From Octopus bimaculoides (Eukaryota): a DNA stretch of 40,980 nt. The DNA lies in NCBI RefSeq assembly GCF_001194135.2, contig NC_068995.1, positions 8,397,225-8,438,204 on the forward strand, in the 5' to 3' direction. A program made the translations under genes and the position numbers. The notes under the pieces are model-generated. The model worked only from the letters and a program-made list of their open reading frames with translations, was not told the DNA's origin and did no database searches. This document shows, in pieces, positions 12,701 through 26,388 of this stretch; position 1 is the first letter of the stretch; each line of letters opens with the position of its first letter.

Positions 12701-14024
12701 ATAAAAATGTATACAAGCGTGTGTGGATATACAAGCGTATATGTGTGTGTGTGTGTGTGTGTACCTGTGTGAATACGGGTGTTTACATATCGACATGTTG
12801 ACACATATACATATACACACGTGTGTGTGTGTGTGTGCTTGCGTGCCTTTGTGCGCCCGCGTGTTTATGTGTTTGTTTACATGAAACCATACGCACCATC
12901 TTCAACATCAAGGGAAAGCTACTGCTGTAGTAAAATTGTCTTTGATAACCTTTAAATGATTATTAAAAAAGCAAGGCCTAATGTTTTCCTTACGTAATAA
13001 ATGTACTATAAAAATGCAAGAATCTCATAGCGGACGTTCATTATTTCACATAGTATGATACATTGAAATATCATTTGTTAACATTGTGCCGAACGCTGCT
13101 TAAAAAAACGGGACGGAATTTGTAGTTACTGACGAAAAGACTGGAATAATTTCGACAAATTATAAAGACCGGTATGAAAAACTATGAAGTTATAGATAAA
13201 AAGAAAAACGGTCTTGTAAATATGCTATAAACGTCCTTTAACAATCTGCGGATTATGTTGTAAGGATAGGTGTGTTAGGCACGAGGAAAGAAAGCCAGTA
13301 CAATGCTTTCATTGTTTCATATAAAAGATTTCTAATGAAACAAGTCATACGTGATGTATTTGAACGAAAAAGCTAGAATATTCAGAAGGAATATGTTTAG
13401 ATATCAACTATAAGAATATAAACGCGCCACAATTCATGATTTCTTTTAAATCCAAAAGTATCTAGAGAGGATTGATGAAACTTTCTTTCAAGTGTTGCAA
13501 TTTGTATACGTATATATGTAAATATTCCTCGTTTGTTTTATCCATCATCACTTAAATTACGGAGAAACAAGGTCGTATCTACGAGTAGTCAGTTCAGAAA
13601 TATTACACTTCTTCTTTGCTGTCTCTTTTATATAATCCTATTTGATATTTAATATATTTCGAGTTTATAACATTGCACTGGTGTGAAACTAATTCTTAAT
13701 GGAAATATTGCACAGTTGTTTGCTAGTCTTGTAACCTAAGTTTATCCTAAGTCAACCTCTTTAAACGCGACTAACAGCCAATTCAAATAAACACAAGCAC
13801 ACACACACAAATACACACACACACACACACACACATGCATACAAACACAAAAGGCACACAACCACGCACATACATGTACATATATATATGTGCATATATA
13901 TAAGTATGTATATATGTGTGTACACACATAAATGCATACACATGCATACATATATCCACATACATGTACTATATATATACGTAAATGCATACATTTACAC
14001 ATACATACATATATATATATATAC

Positions 14025-14056
<32 letters not shown>

Positions 14057-14068
14057 GAGTGCATTTAA

Positions 14069-14122
<54 letters not shown>

Positions 14123-14348
14123 TCATAAATACACATGAATAGGTATATGCAAATATGCATATGTATGTGTATATGTATGTGTACTTGAGAGTGTGTGTGT
14201 ATTTCAATTAAGAAAGCTAGCCTCACGTGTGTCAATATCAAGATGTTAGAAAGCAGTGTAGGCCAATGCTTAATCATGTTGATATTTAGCAGTTATGCTT
14301 GGTAGGAACCCATAAATCTCTTGCTGACAATCTCGACACCGTCATATG

Positions 14349-14386
<38 letters not shown>

Positions 14387-14921
14387 CACACACACACACA
14401 CAGGTATATGTATTCACTCTGATGCCACTTCACGCACACAAGCACAGAAGTGTGCAGAGCCTGAAGCATACGATATACAGATCTTATATTTACATTTATT
14501 ATTATGACATTTTAAGAAAGACGGTGAAACCGAAAACGATATTAAGGAAAATATATTATTAACATATATCTTGGATTGCGATGTAAACGTTTTGCGATCT
14601 AAATCGATCGATAAGCTTCTACACACGCCATCTGCCCTCACATACTTCCAACACCTTTGAAGACAACGTTGGGTATCCGATCACCATTTGTTCAGGGACA
14701 TATTTTTGACCAATCCATTCGGTTTCGTTACGAAATGTGCTCTTAAAGAGACAGCATTCCTTATAGATAGGTACTCAATGTTTTATTCTATGTTGGACTG
14801 CCGGTTTATTTCTATATCAGTCAGTTTATCCATCCATCCGTCCGTCTGTCCGCCATTCGAGCCGTCCGTTTATCTCTGTGTGTGTGTGTGTGTGTGTGTT
14901 TCTCTCTCTCTCTCTCTCTGA

Positions 14922-14964
<43 letters not shown>

Positions 14965-15892
14965 TGTGATATCTATCTTTATATCTATATCTCTGTATTT
15001 CTGTCAATCTGCTTGCCTGTCTATGTCTTTATCTTTCCCCCATCTCTCTATACACACACGCACACACCACACACATACACGCACACTTCTATCTTTATAT
15101 TTATCGGTCTATCCATAACTTTCTGTCTATTCGTCTGTCTCTGTCTGTCTCTGTCTCTGTCTCTCTCTCTCTGTCTATCTATCTATCTATTTATTTATCT
15201 ATCCTCCTCCTGCTCGAATCTATCTGTCTTACCTTCCTTCCCTCAGGCACATACCCTCCTTCAGTCTCCTCAGCCCTTTCACCAGTCTAACTTTCCCCCT
15301 CTCTTTCCTAACTCTTCTCTTCACCCAATACTCTCCCCTAACCCACCCTCTCCTCTCAATCCCCTTTTACCACCAATATATTTCTACTTACTCCATCCTA
15401 TCATCCGACCATCAAATCTGAATACAGTGAAAACACTTTTATATCCATTTACAAACACTAACTTCCAAACCCACCGACTTAAAAGTCAAGTGAACGAAGC
15501 AGTAGAAATTTTAACTAAATGCAATAAGATGGCCGTGCGAAAATATCTCAAATTTCTCCTTCATTAGTTCGACAATCAACCACTGGACATTGTCCAAATG
15601 GTGAAAGCCGTAACCTTCACATACCTACCAAATTTTAACCACCTCTGTCCTTGTTTTACAAGCCAAGTTTCCCCAGCTTGTTCTCACTTCCTCGTTATCT
15701 TCTTTCTTTCTCTTTTCTTTCTTTTCTTTCTTTATCCGTCGTTTATATATATATATATATATNNNNNNNNNNNNNNNNNNNNNNNNNNNNNNNNNNNNNN
15801 NNNNNNNNNNNNNNNNNNNNNNNNNNNNNNNNNNNNNNNNNNNNNNNNNNNNNNNNNNNNNNNNNNNNNNNNNNNNNNNNNNATATATATGC

Positions 15893-15926
<34 letters not shown>

Positions 15927-15997
15927 GCATATATATATATGTATATATATATACTTGTGTGTATATATATAAATATATATATATGTGTGTGTGCGTC

Positions 15998-16048
<51 letters not shown>

Positions 16049-16319
16049 TATATGGACGACGTATGTATGTATGTCTCCAGCTTCCTTTCCTCCTCCATCA
16101 TCTCTATCTGTCACGTAAACTTATTTCGTAGCAGCCATTTTCATTGTTTTCCCTAAACATAGGCTTACACTTATATGCAGAGGCAGAGGTGCCCAGCGCT
16201 CTCACACGCGCACTCATGTGCATTTGCAAACACACACATAGAGAGCTCGCACACGTACACACACATAAATACATGCACTCACACACATCTCTGCTCTAAG
16301 AAAAATGTAAGTTGTCGTC

Positions 16320-16626
16320 AAACATCAAAACCACGACCACCACCACCACTACCAATACCGCCACCGCCACCATAACCTAGTATTGTAATTAACACTGGGG
16401 CCACTATTTTCACCATCACCAACTTTTAGACCGGCCATCTTCGCTGCAGCCACCGCAAACTCATTTAACATTACGCCATTGCTACTACAACAATTATTGC
16501 CACCACCACCGCTGCCACCACCGCCAGCACTTTTACCATTCGCACCACCAGTCTCTGTGCCGTCTTCGTCGTCGTAACATCGTCATCCCCATCACATTCA
16601 TCATCATCAATACCATCATCATCGTC

Positions 16627-16657
<31 letters not shown>

Positions 16658-17260
16658 TTATTGCCATAACCACTTTGTAAGCTATTAAGTTAATGAACAT
16701 TCAGCACCAACAGCAAGCCAAGCACAACCACCACCTTCTCCGCCAGCAACACCACTACCACCACCATCAACAACAACAACAATCAATAACAACAGCGTCA
16801 ACATCGACTCCCCTACCATCGTTACGATCACCATCTCCATGACCTTCAACATTACCATCACCGACACCAACAAGACAACAACTAAAGCAACACCACCACC
16901 CATCATCATCACCATCACCACCACCACCACCACAAACAACAACATTAACAACAACAGCAAGGAGACTAATTTGTCTGAGAAAGGCTTTGCTCTCTTCGCT
17001 AAAAATCCTCAGGCAACCTTGGCAGATCTGTCTCACCCACCACCGACCAAGCCTTCCTTTCGAATAACTTTTAACACAAGAACATTAACTACATTAATGA
17101 TAAAAGTAACAGCAGAAACTCCTCCTCCTCCTCCTCCTACTAATACTACTATTTCACCATTCTCAATAGCAAAAAAATAAAAATCAAAAACAAACGAAAA
17201 GGCATCAACAACAGGTCCACCACCGCCGGCGCCAGCACGACAGACAACCGTGTCCAATAA
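16320..17260. repeat. Mosaic of degenerate trinucleotide repeats (ACC/ATC/AAC/CTC)
   Basis: Alternating short triplet runs; produces low-complexity ORFs on both strands. Confidence 0.85.
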
Positions 17261-17267
17261 CTACAAC

Positions 17268-17375
17268 ATTCTTTTCTCTTCTACTCTACTCTAGACACAA
17301 AGCCCGAAATTTCAGGTGAGGGGGACCGTCGATTAATACGACTCCAGTACGCAAGTGGTACTTAATTTATCGACC
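17268..17375 (-). mobile_element. SINE family A, 3' half
   Basis: ttcttttctc...ctactctagacacaaagcccgaaattt...gtcgattaatacgactccagtacgcaagtggtacttaatttatcgacc matches 36870-36968. Confidence 0.85.
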
Positions 17376-17500
17376 ACGGCAATAAGAGACCGATAGAATA
17401 AGTACTAGGCTTACAAAGAATAAGTCCTGGGGTCGATTTGCTGGCGTAAAGGCGGTGCAAAAGCATGGACGCAGTTAAATGACTGAGACGAATATAAGAG
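17376..17500 (+). mobile_element. SINE family B, 3' half
   Basis: cggcaataagagaccgatagaataagtactaggcttacaaagaataagtcctggggtcgatttg...aaatgactgag matches 29735-29857 and the reverse complement of 33973-34110. Confidence 0.9.
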
Positions 17501-18198
17501 GACATACATACATTAATACATACCTATAAATATATATATTTAGACTCTACACTAAATTGTGGCGCAGTATGGACGGATTCCGGAGTACCGAGGAATTTCG
17601 GTGTAAATATATCAAATTAAGAATTCTACGAGGTATATTACAATGGAAAATAACAAACAGAATCTCACCTCTTGTCTATCATGTTTCTTCCTACTTTAAC
17701 TTATTCTATGCGATATAATTCTTGGGAAAGAATACATTTGCGGCTGAAGATAGCTTTATACTATGATGCAACAACTATAAAGCTTGAAACACGTGTACCG
17801 CAGAATCCTTTGTGTTTTGTTTTTATTTTACATTTCAAATTTATAAATATATATATATATATGTGTGTGTGTGCAAATATGGAGAAAATGACAGATAGAC
17901 GAAAAGACAGAGAGATAGATATCCAAAGAGATATTGAAGGCCAGTCAGTTGTTTCAAACATGTCAGTATTTTAGCGACTGAGTTACGTTCTTTGCATTCA
18001 CACGTGTCTATAGATTGTCTAATTTAGCATGTCATACATGTGCAGTTGTGAACGAGTTTAAACTTAAAGATGGCGTGAGCTTTTCCGTACACACACTCGA
18101 ACATCTGTCAGTGTTTTCCGTCCCTTCCACAGCCCGTCTGTCTCTTTGTGAAAGTGTCCGTCTGTATGCATAAAGTGTCTCTGTATGTATAGGGGTAG

Positions 18199-18238
<40 letters not shown>

Positions 18239-19254
18239 GTGTATATACATGCTTAATTAGATATACAAGCATGCAAATGTATTTACGTATGTATGTAGAT
18301 ATGCTTACAAAGTGTAAGCGGATGCACAAGTGACAGCATTTGTGGCGCAGCATTCTCCTTCCTGCCAATGTAGAGCGATACCCCTATGGGTATAATTGCA
18401 CCCTTTGGACAACACACACGCATATATATACACACACACACATGCATATATTCACACGCCTTCACACACCTAGAACTCAACCCACGCACCCCTACACACT
18501 CACAGCTTATACACACATCTAAAAGGTCTCAGTACCTATATGAAAAACATCAACAGTTATTAGGGACAAAACAATGTAGGCTGCTGAGAAAACAGACATT
18601 GATATTTCGGAGAACGATTTTACAGGACGCCATGATAAATGAGATATTTTCGCTGCTATTTTTAAGAGGTCAAACGGAGAGATGCATAGCTTGTCTAAAC
18701 TTTTCACTGCTCTTTGTCTGTGTAATGTCATTTAAACCAATTATTGTTTGCGGTGAATTATAAATCAACTTTGGGCTGCTTTCAACACCAAGACAGATTG
18801 TAATTCTAATTCTTTCTTTCTTTCTTTCGTTTTACTTTCTTCTTTGCCATACTTTTCGTAGTATTTTTATAATCTTTGTGTGTGCGCGTGTGTGTGTGTG
18901 TGTTTCTTTTGTTTTGTTTATTTAGCATATTCTCTTTCCTCATCCTTTCTTCATATTTTTCACTTTATATTGTTTTTCTTGGTATTCTTTTTTTCTCACT
19001 GTTCATGTTCCGACCTGATATATATATATATATNNNNNNNNNNNNNNNNNNNNNNNNNNNNNNNNNNNNNNNNNNNNNNNNNNNNNNNNNNNNNNNNNNN
19101 NNNNNNNNNNNNNNNNNNNNNNNNNNNNNNNNNNNNNNNNNNNNNNNNNNNNNNNNNNNNNNNNNNNNNNNNNNNNNNNNNATACATATATACATATATA
19201 TGTATATATATATATATATGTATATATATATAATTATATGTACGCACATATTCA

Positions 19255-19308
<54 letters not shown>

Positions 19309-20340
19309 TACAGGTGTACACCCATATATACACACAAACGTACTCACACACACACATATTGCTTCTTGTGTGTACATATGCTGGTTTCTGCGTAAATATT
19401 TGCCACTGATAGTGGACAAATGTTACACAGTTTCTATATAGACATATGTGCATGTGTACATCTATTTCTGTATGTATATGTATATATGTATATATATATA
19501 TATATATATGTTTGAGCGTGTGTGTATGTGTGTGTGTGTGTGCGTGTGTGTGAGAGAGAGAGAGTTTGTCTGCTTGTGTCCGTGTGTGTGTGCGTTTGTG
19601 TGTGAAGCAGAGTATGAGTGTATATGTGCTAGCAGTGGTATGGAAGCGAAAAAAAAAAACAAAAAAAAAACAGAAGCATTGTAAAATGGAAGACGAACAG
19701 AAAGAGAAAGGAAAGAAAAGGAATGATTTGTGAATATTTGCTCGAGCAGAAGTATCGTAACTCAACACACATACACATACATACAAAAGCGCACACACGA
19801 ACGCATATATAGTTGTATGGCGATACACACACATATATATAAACGTACACATATTCACCTGTATGTGTATATATGTACGTATATACATACATCAAATATA
19901 TATATATATATATATGTACAGGCGATGTGTGTGTATGTGTGTGTGTGTGTGCGTGTGCTGTGCGTGGACTGTGACATATCATGAATTGCGGACAATCTGC
20001 TGGTAAACTAACTAAAAAATATTTTCACCGAGGATAAGAGCTGTAATTTACATCACCATTATAACCATACCCACGCAAACATGTGTGTGTATGAGTGTGT
20101 GTGCGTCTGTTTCTGTGTGTGAATGTATAGAGACGATGAGCTGAGATAAATAACTCGGTGTGAACAGTAGAATGTATTTAAATAACATAGACAGATACAG
20201 GTATATCAAATACCATACAACATAAAGTCATGATTTATTAAGACTTTATGTGCGCGTATGACGGATGTGTTACAATTAGTAAATGGCGATTGTGACCACT
20301 TGAGCTCCGAAATGGAATGCTTTAAAGAAATTGAACAACG

Positions 20341-20560
20341 TTGCTTTCAATTTTTGGCACAAAGCCAGCAATATCCAGTGCAGAGTAAGTCGACTCTATC
20401 GACCCCAGGGCTGAACTGGTCCTTATTTTATCGACCTCGAAACGATGAAAGGCAAATTCGAACTCGGCGGAAATTGAACTAACAACATGAAGACGAGCGA
20501 AGTAACGTTAAGCACATACCGTTAAGCCTGGCGTGGTAACGATTCTGCTAGCTCCCCGCA
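20341..20560 (-). mobile_element. SINE family A, full length, diverged
   Basis: ttgctttcaatttttggcacaaagccagc tail, tatcgaccccag...ttttatcgacctcgaaacgatgaaaggcaaattcgaactcggcggaaattgaact core and B-box, and gattctgctagctc head. Confidence 0.8.
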
Positions 20561-20700
20561 TTTCAGCATAGGGCAACATTATTACCTTCAGATAATAGGA
20601 CAGTGACGGTCACGTGTTTCAATTACAATTACCGTCAACATAACTACAATTCTCGGACTTCATCTCCAGTAGCGAAGGGACGTATATGCGCCACCCCATC

Positions 20701-20737
<37 letters not shown>

Positions 20738-21870
20738 NNNNNNNNNNNNNNNNNNNNNNNNNNNNNNNNNNNNNNNNNNNNNNNNNNNNNNNNNNNNNNN
20801 NNNNNNNNNNNNNNNNNNNNNNNNNNNNNNNNNNNNNNNNNNNNNNNNNNNNNNNNNNNNNNNNNNNNNNNNNNNNNNNNNNNNNNNNNNNNNNNNNNNN
20901 NNNNNNNNNNNNNNNNNNNNNNNNNNNNNNNNNNNNNNNNNNNNNNNNNNNNNNNNNNNNNNNNNNNNNNNNNNNNNNNNNNNNNNNNNNNNNNNNNNNN
21001 NNNNNNNNNNNNNNNNNNNNNNNNNNNNNNNNNNNNNNNNNNNNNNNNNNNNNNNNNNNNNNNNNNNNNNNNNNNNNNNNNNNNNNNNNNNNNNNNNNNN
21101 NNNNNNNNNNNNNNNNNNNNNNNNNNNNNNNNNNNNNNNNNNNNNNNNNNNNNNNNNNNNNNNNNNNNNNNNNNNNNNNNNNNNNNNNNNNNNNNNNNNN
21201 NNNNNNNNNNNNNNNNNNNNNNNNNNNNNNNNNNNNNNNNNNNNNNNNNNNNNNNNNNNNNNNNNNNNNNNNNNNNNNNNNNNNNNNNNNNNNNNNNNNN
21301 NNNNNNNNNNNNNNNNNNNNNNNNNNNNNNNCATACATACATTGTATGTTATATATATATATATATATATATACATACACAGAGATTGTGTGAATAAGTA
21401 TAAATTTCAGTTGTGGGTACGGCGCCGACGAAGCAACCCAAAATGTATTTTCAAACATTCAGAAAACATTATTCATTCTATTTTTGAAATATTTTTATAT
21501 TCGATCATTATTGACATTAGGCAAATGGTTAAAGCCAGTCAATGAAATAATAGCAGCAAATATTCAAACAGAACCAAGATTCCAGAATATGTATATAGGT
21601 TTGTATTTATGTATGTGTGTATGTATGTATGTATGTATGTATGCATATATGTATGTATGTATGCATGTGTGCATGTACGCATATACATAAGTACGTACGT
21701 ACACGCGTATATGTATGTATATGTATATATTATATCTATCCAACTATATATATATATATATGTATGTAAATATATATAAATGTATATATGTGTATATATT
21801 TACATTATATATATATATGTTTAAACGCACACACACACACACACACACACACATACATATATATATTTTT

Positions 21871-21962
21871 TTAGTTTTTACTTGTTTCAGTCATTAGACT
21901 GCGACCATACTAGGACGCTGCTCTGAAAAATTTGAGTAGACCGCATCGACCCAAGAGCTTAT
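21871..21962 (-). mobile_element. SINE family B-like 3' terminal fragment
   Basis: ttttacttgtttcagtcattagactgcgaccatac...atcgaccc. Confidence 0.65.
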
Positions 21963-21964
21963 AT

Positions 21965-22172
21965 ACTCTTTTCTCTTTTACTTGTTTCAGTTATTTGACT
22001 GCGGCCATGCTGGAGCATTGCCTTTAGTCGAGAAAATCTACCTCAGGACTTATTTTTTGTAAGCCTAGTATTATTCTGTCAATATCTTATGCCGAACCGC
22101 TAAGTTACGAGGACCTAAAGACACCGACATCGTTTGTCAAGCGATGTTGGGAGGACACACAGACACACAAAC
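21965..22172 (-). mobile_element. SINE family B, 3' half
   Basis: tttacttgtttcagttatttgactgcggccatgctggagc...gccgaaccgctaagttacg...gtcaagcgatgttggg, colinear with 33973-34190. Confidence 0.9.
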
Positions 22173-22179
22173 AAGAACC

Positions 22180-22430
22180 CATCATCACAATCATCATCAC
22201 CACCACCACTACCACCGTGATATTTTATTATTGTTATGATTATTATTATTATTGTTATTATTTATTATTATTATTATAACCTACTTCATTTGGTGCTATT
22301 GATGCTGCTGACGATGATGACGTTTATGATGATGCTGACGATGATGAAGATGACGATGATAATGATGATGAAAAAGTCGGAATAGAAAACGAAAACAAGC
22401 AGGAAAGATGCAAGGAGGAAGTAGTAGTAA

Positions 22431-22463
<33 letters not shown>

Positions 22464-22660
22464 CAGGAGGAGGAGAAGGAAAGTGAAGAAGAAGAACATA
22501 GGGAAAAGAAGAAGAGGACAAGGAAGGAGAGGAGGAGGAAAAAGAAGAGGAGGAGCAGAAGAAGACGAAGAAAAAGACGTAGAAGAAGAAGAAAAGGTTG
22601 AGGAAGAGGAGAAAGAAAGATTTACAAGAACAAAAGTAAGAAGATGAAACAAGAAGAACG
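22180..22660. repeat. Trinucleotide mosaic (ATC/ATT/GAT/TAG/GAA/GAG)
   Basis: Direct reading; source of the poly-S/R/E and poly-L ORFs. Confidence 0.85.
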
Positions 22661-23618
22661 AAACAAAAAAAAAATCACAACTGACAGAATAGATAATGAC
22701 GATGAAAANNNNNNNNNNAATATTTTTTAAATAATCAGCATCAAAAAAAAAAACCCCAAAAGAAAAAATGAAGAAACACACGTGAATGCGATTTATTTGC
22801 TCATTCGTTCCATATTTGCATTTAATGTATTTTTTTTTTATTTGAAGTTTGTGCGTTTTTTGGTTTGTATTCTGAGTGTCGTTGCTTTTGTTTTCTGGCT
22901 ATAAATAAAGTATGATCTTTCTTTACTCTTTCAATGCTTTTCCAATATTTGTATGCCTCATATGAAAGGTCGGCAAATTTATCCAATATTTTAACAATTC
23001 TTTCGTTTATCGGTCGATCTTTGATTTATCTATTTTGCGGTGATGGCTTCCAGAGGCATTCTTGGCCTACGCATTCAAAAGCCTCAGCTACGTCTGTACG
23101 TATGTATATATGTATGTAGAAGTTTATGTAAACATACATACATACATACATACATACATACATACACATTCACACACTTAAACTGAAACACACTCACCCT
23201 CACATATACATACATATATGTGTAGACATATTCATATATTTCTCTCTCTCTCTCTCTCTCTCTCCAGACACACACACACACACATACACACAATGTATAT
23301 ATANNNNNNNNNNNNNNNNNNNNNNNNNNNNNNNNNNNNNNNNNNNNNNNNNNNNNNNNNNNNNNNNNNNNNNNNNNNNNNNNNNNNNNNNNNNNNNNNN
23401 NNNNNNNNNNNNNNNNNNNNNNNNNNNNNNNNNNNNNNNNNNNATATATATATATATATATATATATAAATGAATACACACGAACAGACACAGAGACACA
23501 CGCATGCTTATGACTGGTTTCTTCCCTCAAAGTAATTGACATGGCGTTGATCACACAGCGCCTCGTGCGGAATATGAGTGAACTAGAAAATACAATGCTG
23601 GGAAGCGAACTTCATAAA

Positions 23619-23758
23619 GAGCGCAGGTAAGAAGCTTCCACACAGTTTCGGCTTCAGTTACCCTGCATGACACCTTGGTCTTCTACCATAGCCTCGGGTC
23701 GATCAAATCCTTATGAGATTTAGTAGACGAAAGCTGATAGAAGCCTGTCGTATATATG

Positions 23759-23789
<31 letters not shown>

Positions 23790-24023
23790 ATAGGTATATA
23801 TACGTGTGTGTGTGTGTGTGTGGTTGTCCCTCCACTATCGCTTAAGAACGGATCTTGTTGTGTTTATGACCCCGTAACTTAGAGGTTCGGCAGAAAAGGA
23901 TGATAGAATAAATGCCAAGCTTACACAGAATAAATCGAGGGGTCGATTTCTCCGATTAAAGAGGCGATGCTACACCATGGCCACAATCAAATTGACTGAA
24001 TCAAGTAAAATAATAAAAGAATA
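23619..24023 (+). mobile_element. SINE family B, full length, diverged, internal (TA)n(TG)n
   Basis: gagcgcaggtaagaagc head, ctaccatagcctcgggtcgatcaaatcc middle, cccgtaacttagaggttcggc, and gactgaatcaagtaaaa end. Confidence 0.8.
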
Positions 24024-24034
24024 ATATATATATG

Positions 24035-24073
<39 letters not shown>

Positions 24074-24420
24074 TTATGCACGTATGTATGTATATAAAGA
24101 TATGCTATATGCGTGTGGCGTGGATAATATTATTAATCTTATCGTTTCAAGCAGTGATGCTCATCAGCCGAATTTTGAGTTGTATCAGAAACACCTAAGG
24201 TCTCTTGCATGAGTAGAGATTTATAACCTGTCACTCAAATTTTCTCCTTCCATTCAAAAAGGGTTGCTATAAGGGATGTATAACGTGTAGAATTCTGATA
24301 AAGTAACAGAGAGAGAGAGCGAGAGAGTGAGGGAGAGACAGGTTAATGAAGAAAAATTCAAGAAAGATACAGAAAGAGGGAGATGTTGTGTGTTAATAGA
24401 GACTGATACAGGTTTAGAAT

Positions 24421-24563
24421 ATTCTTTTCTTCTCTAGGCACAAGGCCCGAAATTTTGGGGAAGTGGGGAGGGGGCTTTCGATTAGATCGACCCCCAGTAA
24501 GCAACTGGTACATAATTTATCGACCCCCGAAATGATAGAAAGCAAATTCGTCCTCCGCGGAAC
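24421..24563 (-). mobile_element. SINE family A, 5'-truncated
   Basis: ttcttttcttctctaggcacaaggcccgaaattttgggg...tcgattagatcgacccccagtaagcaactggtacataatttatcgacc. Confidence 0.85.
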
Positions 24564-25356
24564 AAGTTTAGAATATTATATGCTGAATCAAAACGAACCA
24601 AAAAATTTCGTTACACTTTGACTGGAAATAAGAGGGATGAAGAACAAAATAAAAAACGAATTTGGTAAGTTGGATTAAAATTGTTATATATATATAGATA
24701 TCTGTACGATAAAAGGTACGCACGTTATGTATGTACGTAGGTACGCATGGATGTATGTATATGTAAGTATATATATATAAACAATATATGAGTATATGCA
24801 TATATATGTACATGTATGTATATACGTTCATCTACATGTACATATAGATACATAACTGGGTACATGACGTGGCAAAGGAACAAGGACAAAATGGTAGTAA
24901 GTTTTAACTATATATATATATATATATATATNNNNNNNNNNNNNNNNNNNNNNNNNNNNNNNNNNNNNNNNNNNNNNNNNNNNNNNNNNNNNNNNNNNNN
25001 NNNNNNNNNNNNNNNNNNNNNNNNNNNNNNNNNNNNNNNNNNNNNNNNNNNNNNNNNNNNNNNNNNNNNNNNNNNNNNNNNNNNNNNNNNNNNNNNNNNN
25101 NNNNNNNNNNNNNNNNNNNNNNNNNNNNNNNNNNNNNNNNNNNNNNNNTATATATATAAGAGTGTGGGCGTCTATTGTGTGTGGAGCGGTAGAGTGTACA
25201 GGAAAACAGATTCCTAGGAAACTAGGGCGTACGCAAACGATGATGTTTGGATAAATACGTTTGGCATTGGCATTCCACAACAATTATTTTCTCATACCAC
25301 CCACTCACGACTTATAAACTTATTCAAGTTCACAAGTGTTACTATATACACAGATG

Positions 25357-25398
<42 letters not shown>

Positions 25399-26353
25399 TA
25401 GACGTATGGATATGCATGCGTGTATGTTTGCTTGTGCTTAGTATTGTCTGCATCCGCATTCAATTCACTTTTCTATTGTTAGTTAAAAATATCATTGAAA
25501 ACTTTGATTACACGGAATACCTAGAAGCATCCGGGTTATTTTCATTTGCTTTTTTGCATCTTTTTTTGTGTCTTTTATTCTTGTATATCTTGACATAATA
25601 TATCACATAGGATATAATGTAAATGACACCCGTTGTCTTCTCCTGGTAGGCATGACAAATATAACATTTAATTTTAACAGGGGAGATATATAACTTATAA
25701 TGTTGAAAATGCTCCGTAAAGGGCAACAAAAGATCAAGGTGTGATGCAGTGACAAGAAGCGGAGTTGAAACCTGATACACAAAGTTTGCTTGTCGGAAAC
25801 TGGTCTATCATTCTAATTGGCAGCGTTATATGAGAATCAGTGTGCTTTCATACAAACTAACAACTAACAAACATTTGTATATATGTGTGTATATATATAT
25901 ATATATANNNNNNNNNNNNNNNNNNNNNNNNNNNNNNNNNNNNNNNNNNNNNNNNNNNNNNNNNNNNNNNNNNNNNNNNNNNNNNNNNNNNNNNNNNNNN
26001 NNNNNNNNNNNNNNNNNNNNNNNNNNNNNNNNNNNNNNNNNNNNNNNNNNNNNNNNNNNNNNNNNNNNNNNNNNNNNNNNNNNNNNNNNNNNNNNNNNNN
26101 NNNNNNNNNNNNNNNNNNNNNNNNNNNNNNNNNNNNNNNATATACTTATATGTGTATGTATGTATGTATATATGTTTGTAGGCACGTGAAAGCGTGCGTG
26201 TATATGCGTTTATATACTCATAAGGAATCTCTATACAGTCTGAACAATGGAAAAGCCACTATCACGTTTACAGTCAATTGCTTAAGCGAAGTGTGTACTT
26301 CAATGAGTAGACTGCATTAAACAGTGGAAAAGCAGAAAATAACAGACGCCGAA

Positions 26354-26388
<35 letters not shown>

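Noticed and set aside
13107-13187. Peptide NGTEFVVTDEKTGIISTNYKDRYEKL resembling a cadherin F.ID..TG.I.T...LDRE motif
   Set aside because: Only 26 codons between stops, no splice signals, no other cadherin motifs nearby; likely chance in AT-rich DNA. A tblastn search could reopen it.
22408-22647. Ser/Arg/Glu-rich ORF resembling a nuclear protein
   Set aside because: It lies entirely in TAG/GAA/GAG triplet repeats, with no splice or domain evidence.
24573-24664. Open frame ending at a good donor (ttg|gtaagt)
   Set aside because: The acceptor lacks a polypyrimidine tract and abuts a SINE; the peptide is unrecognisable.
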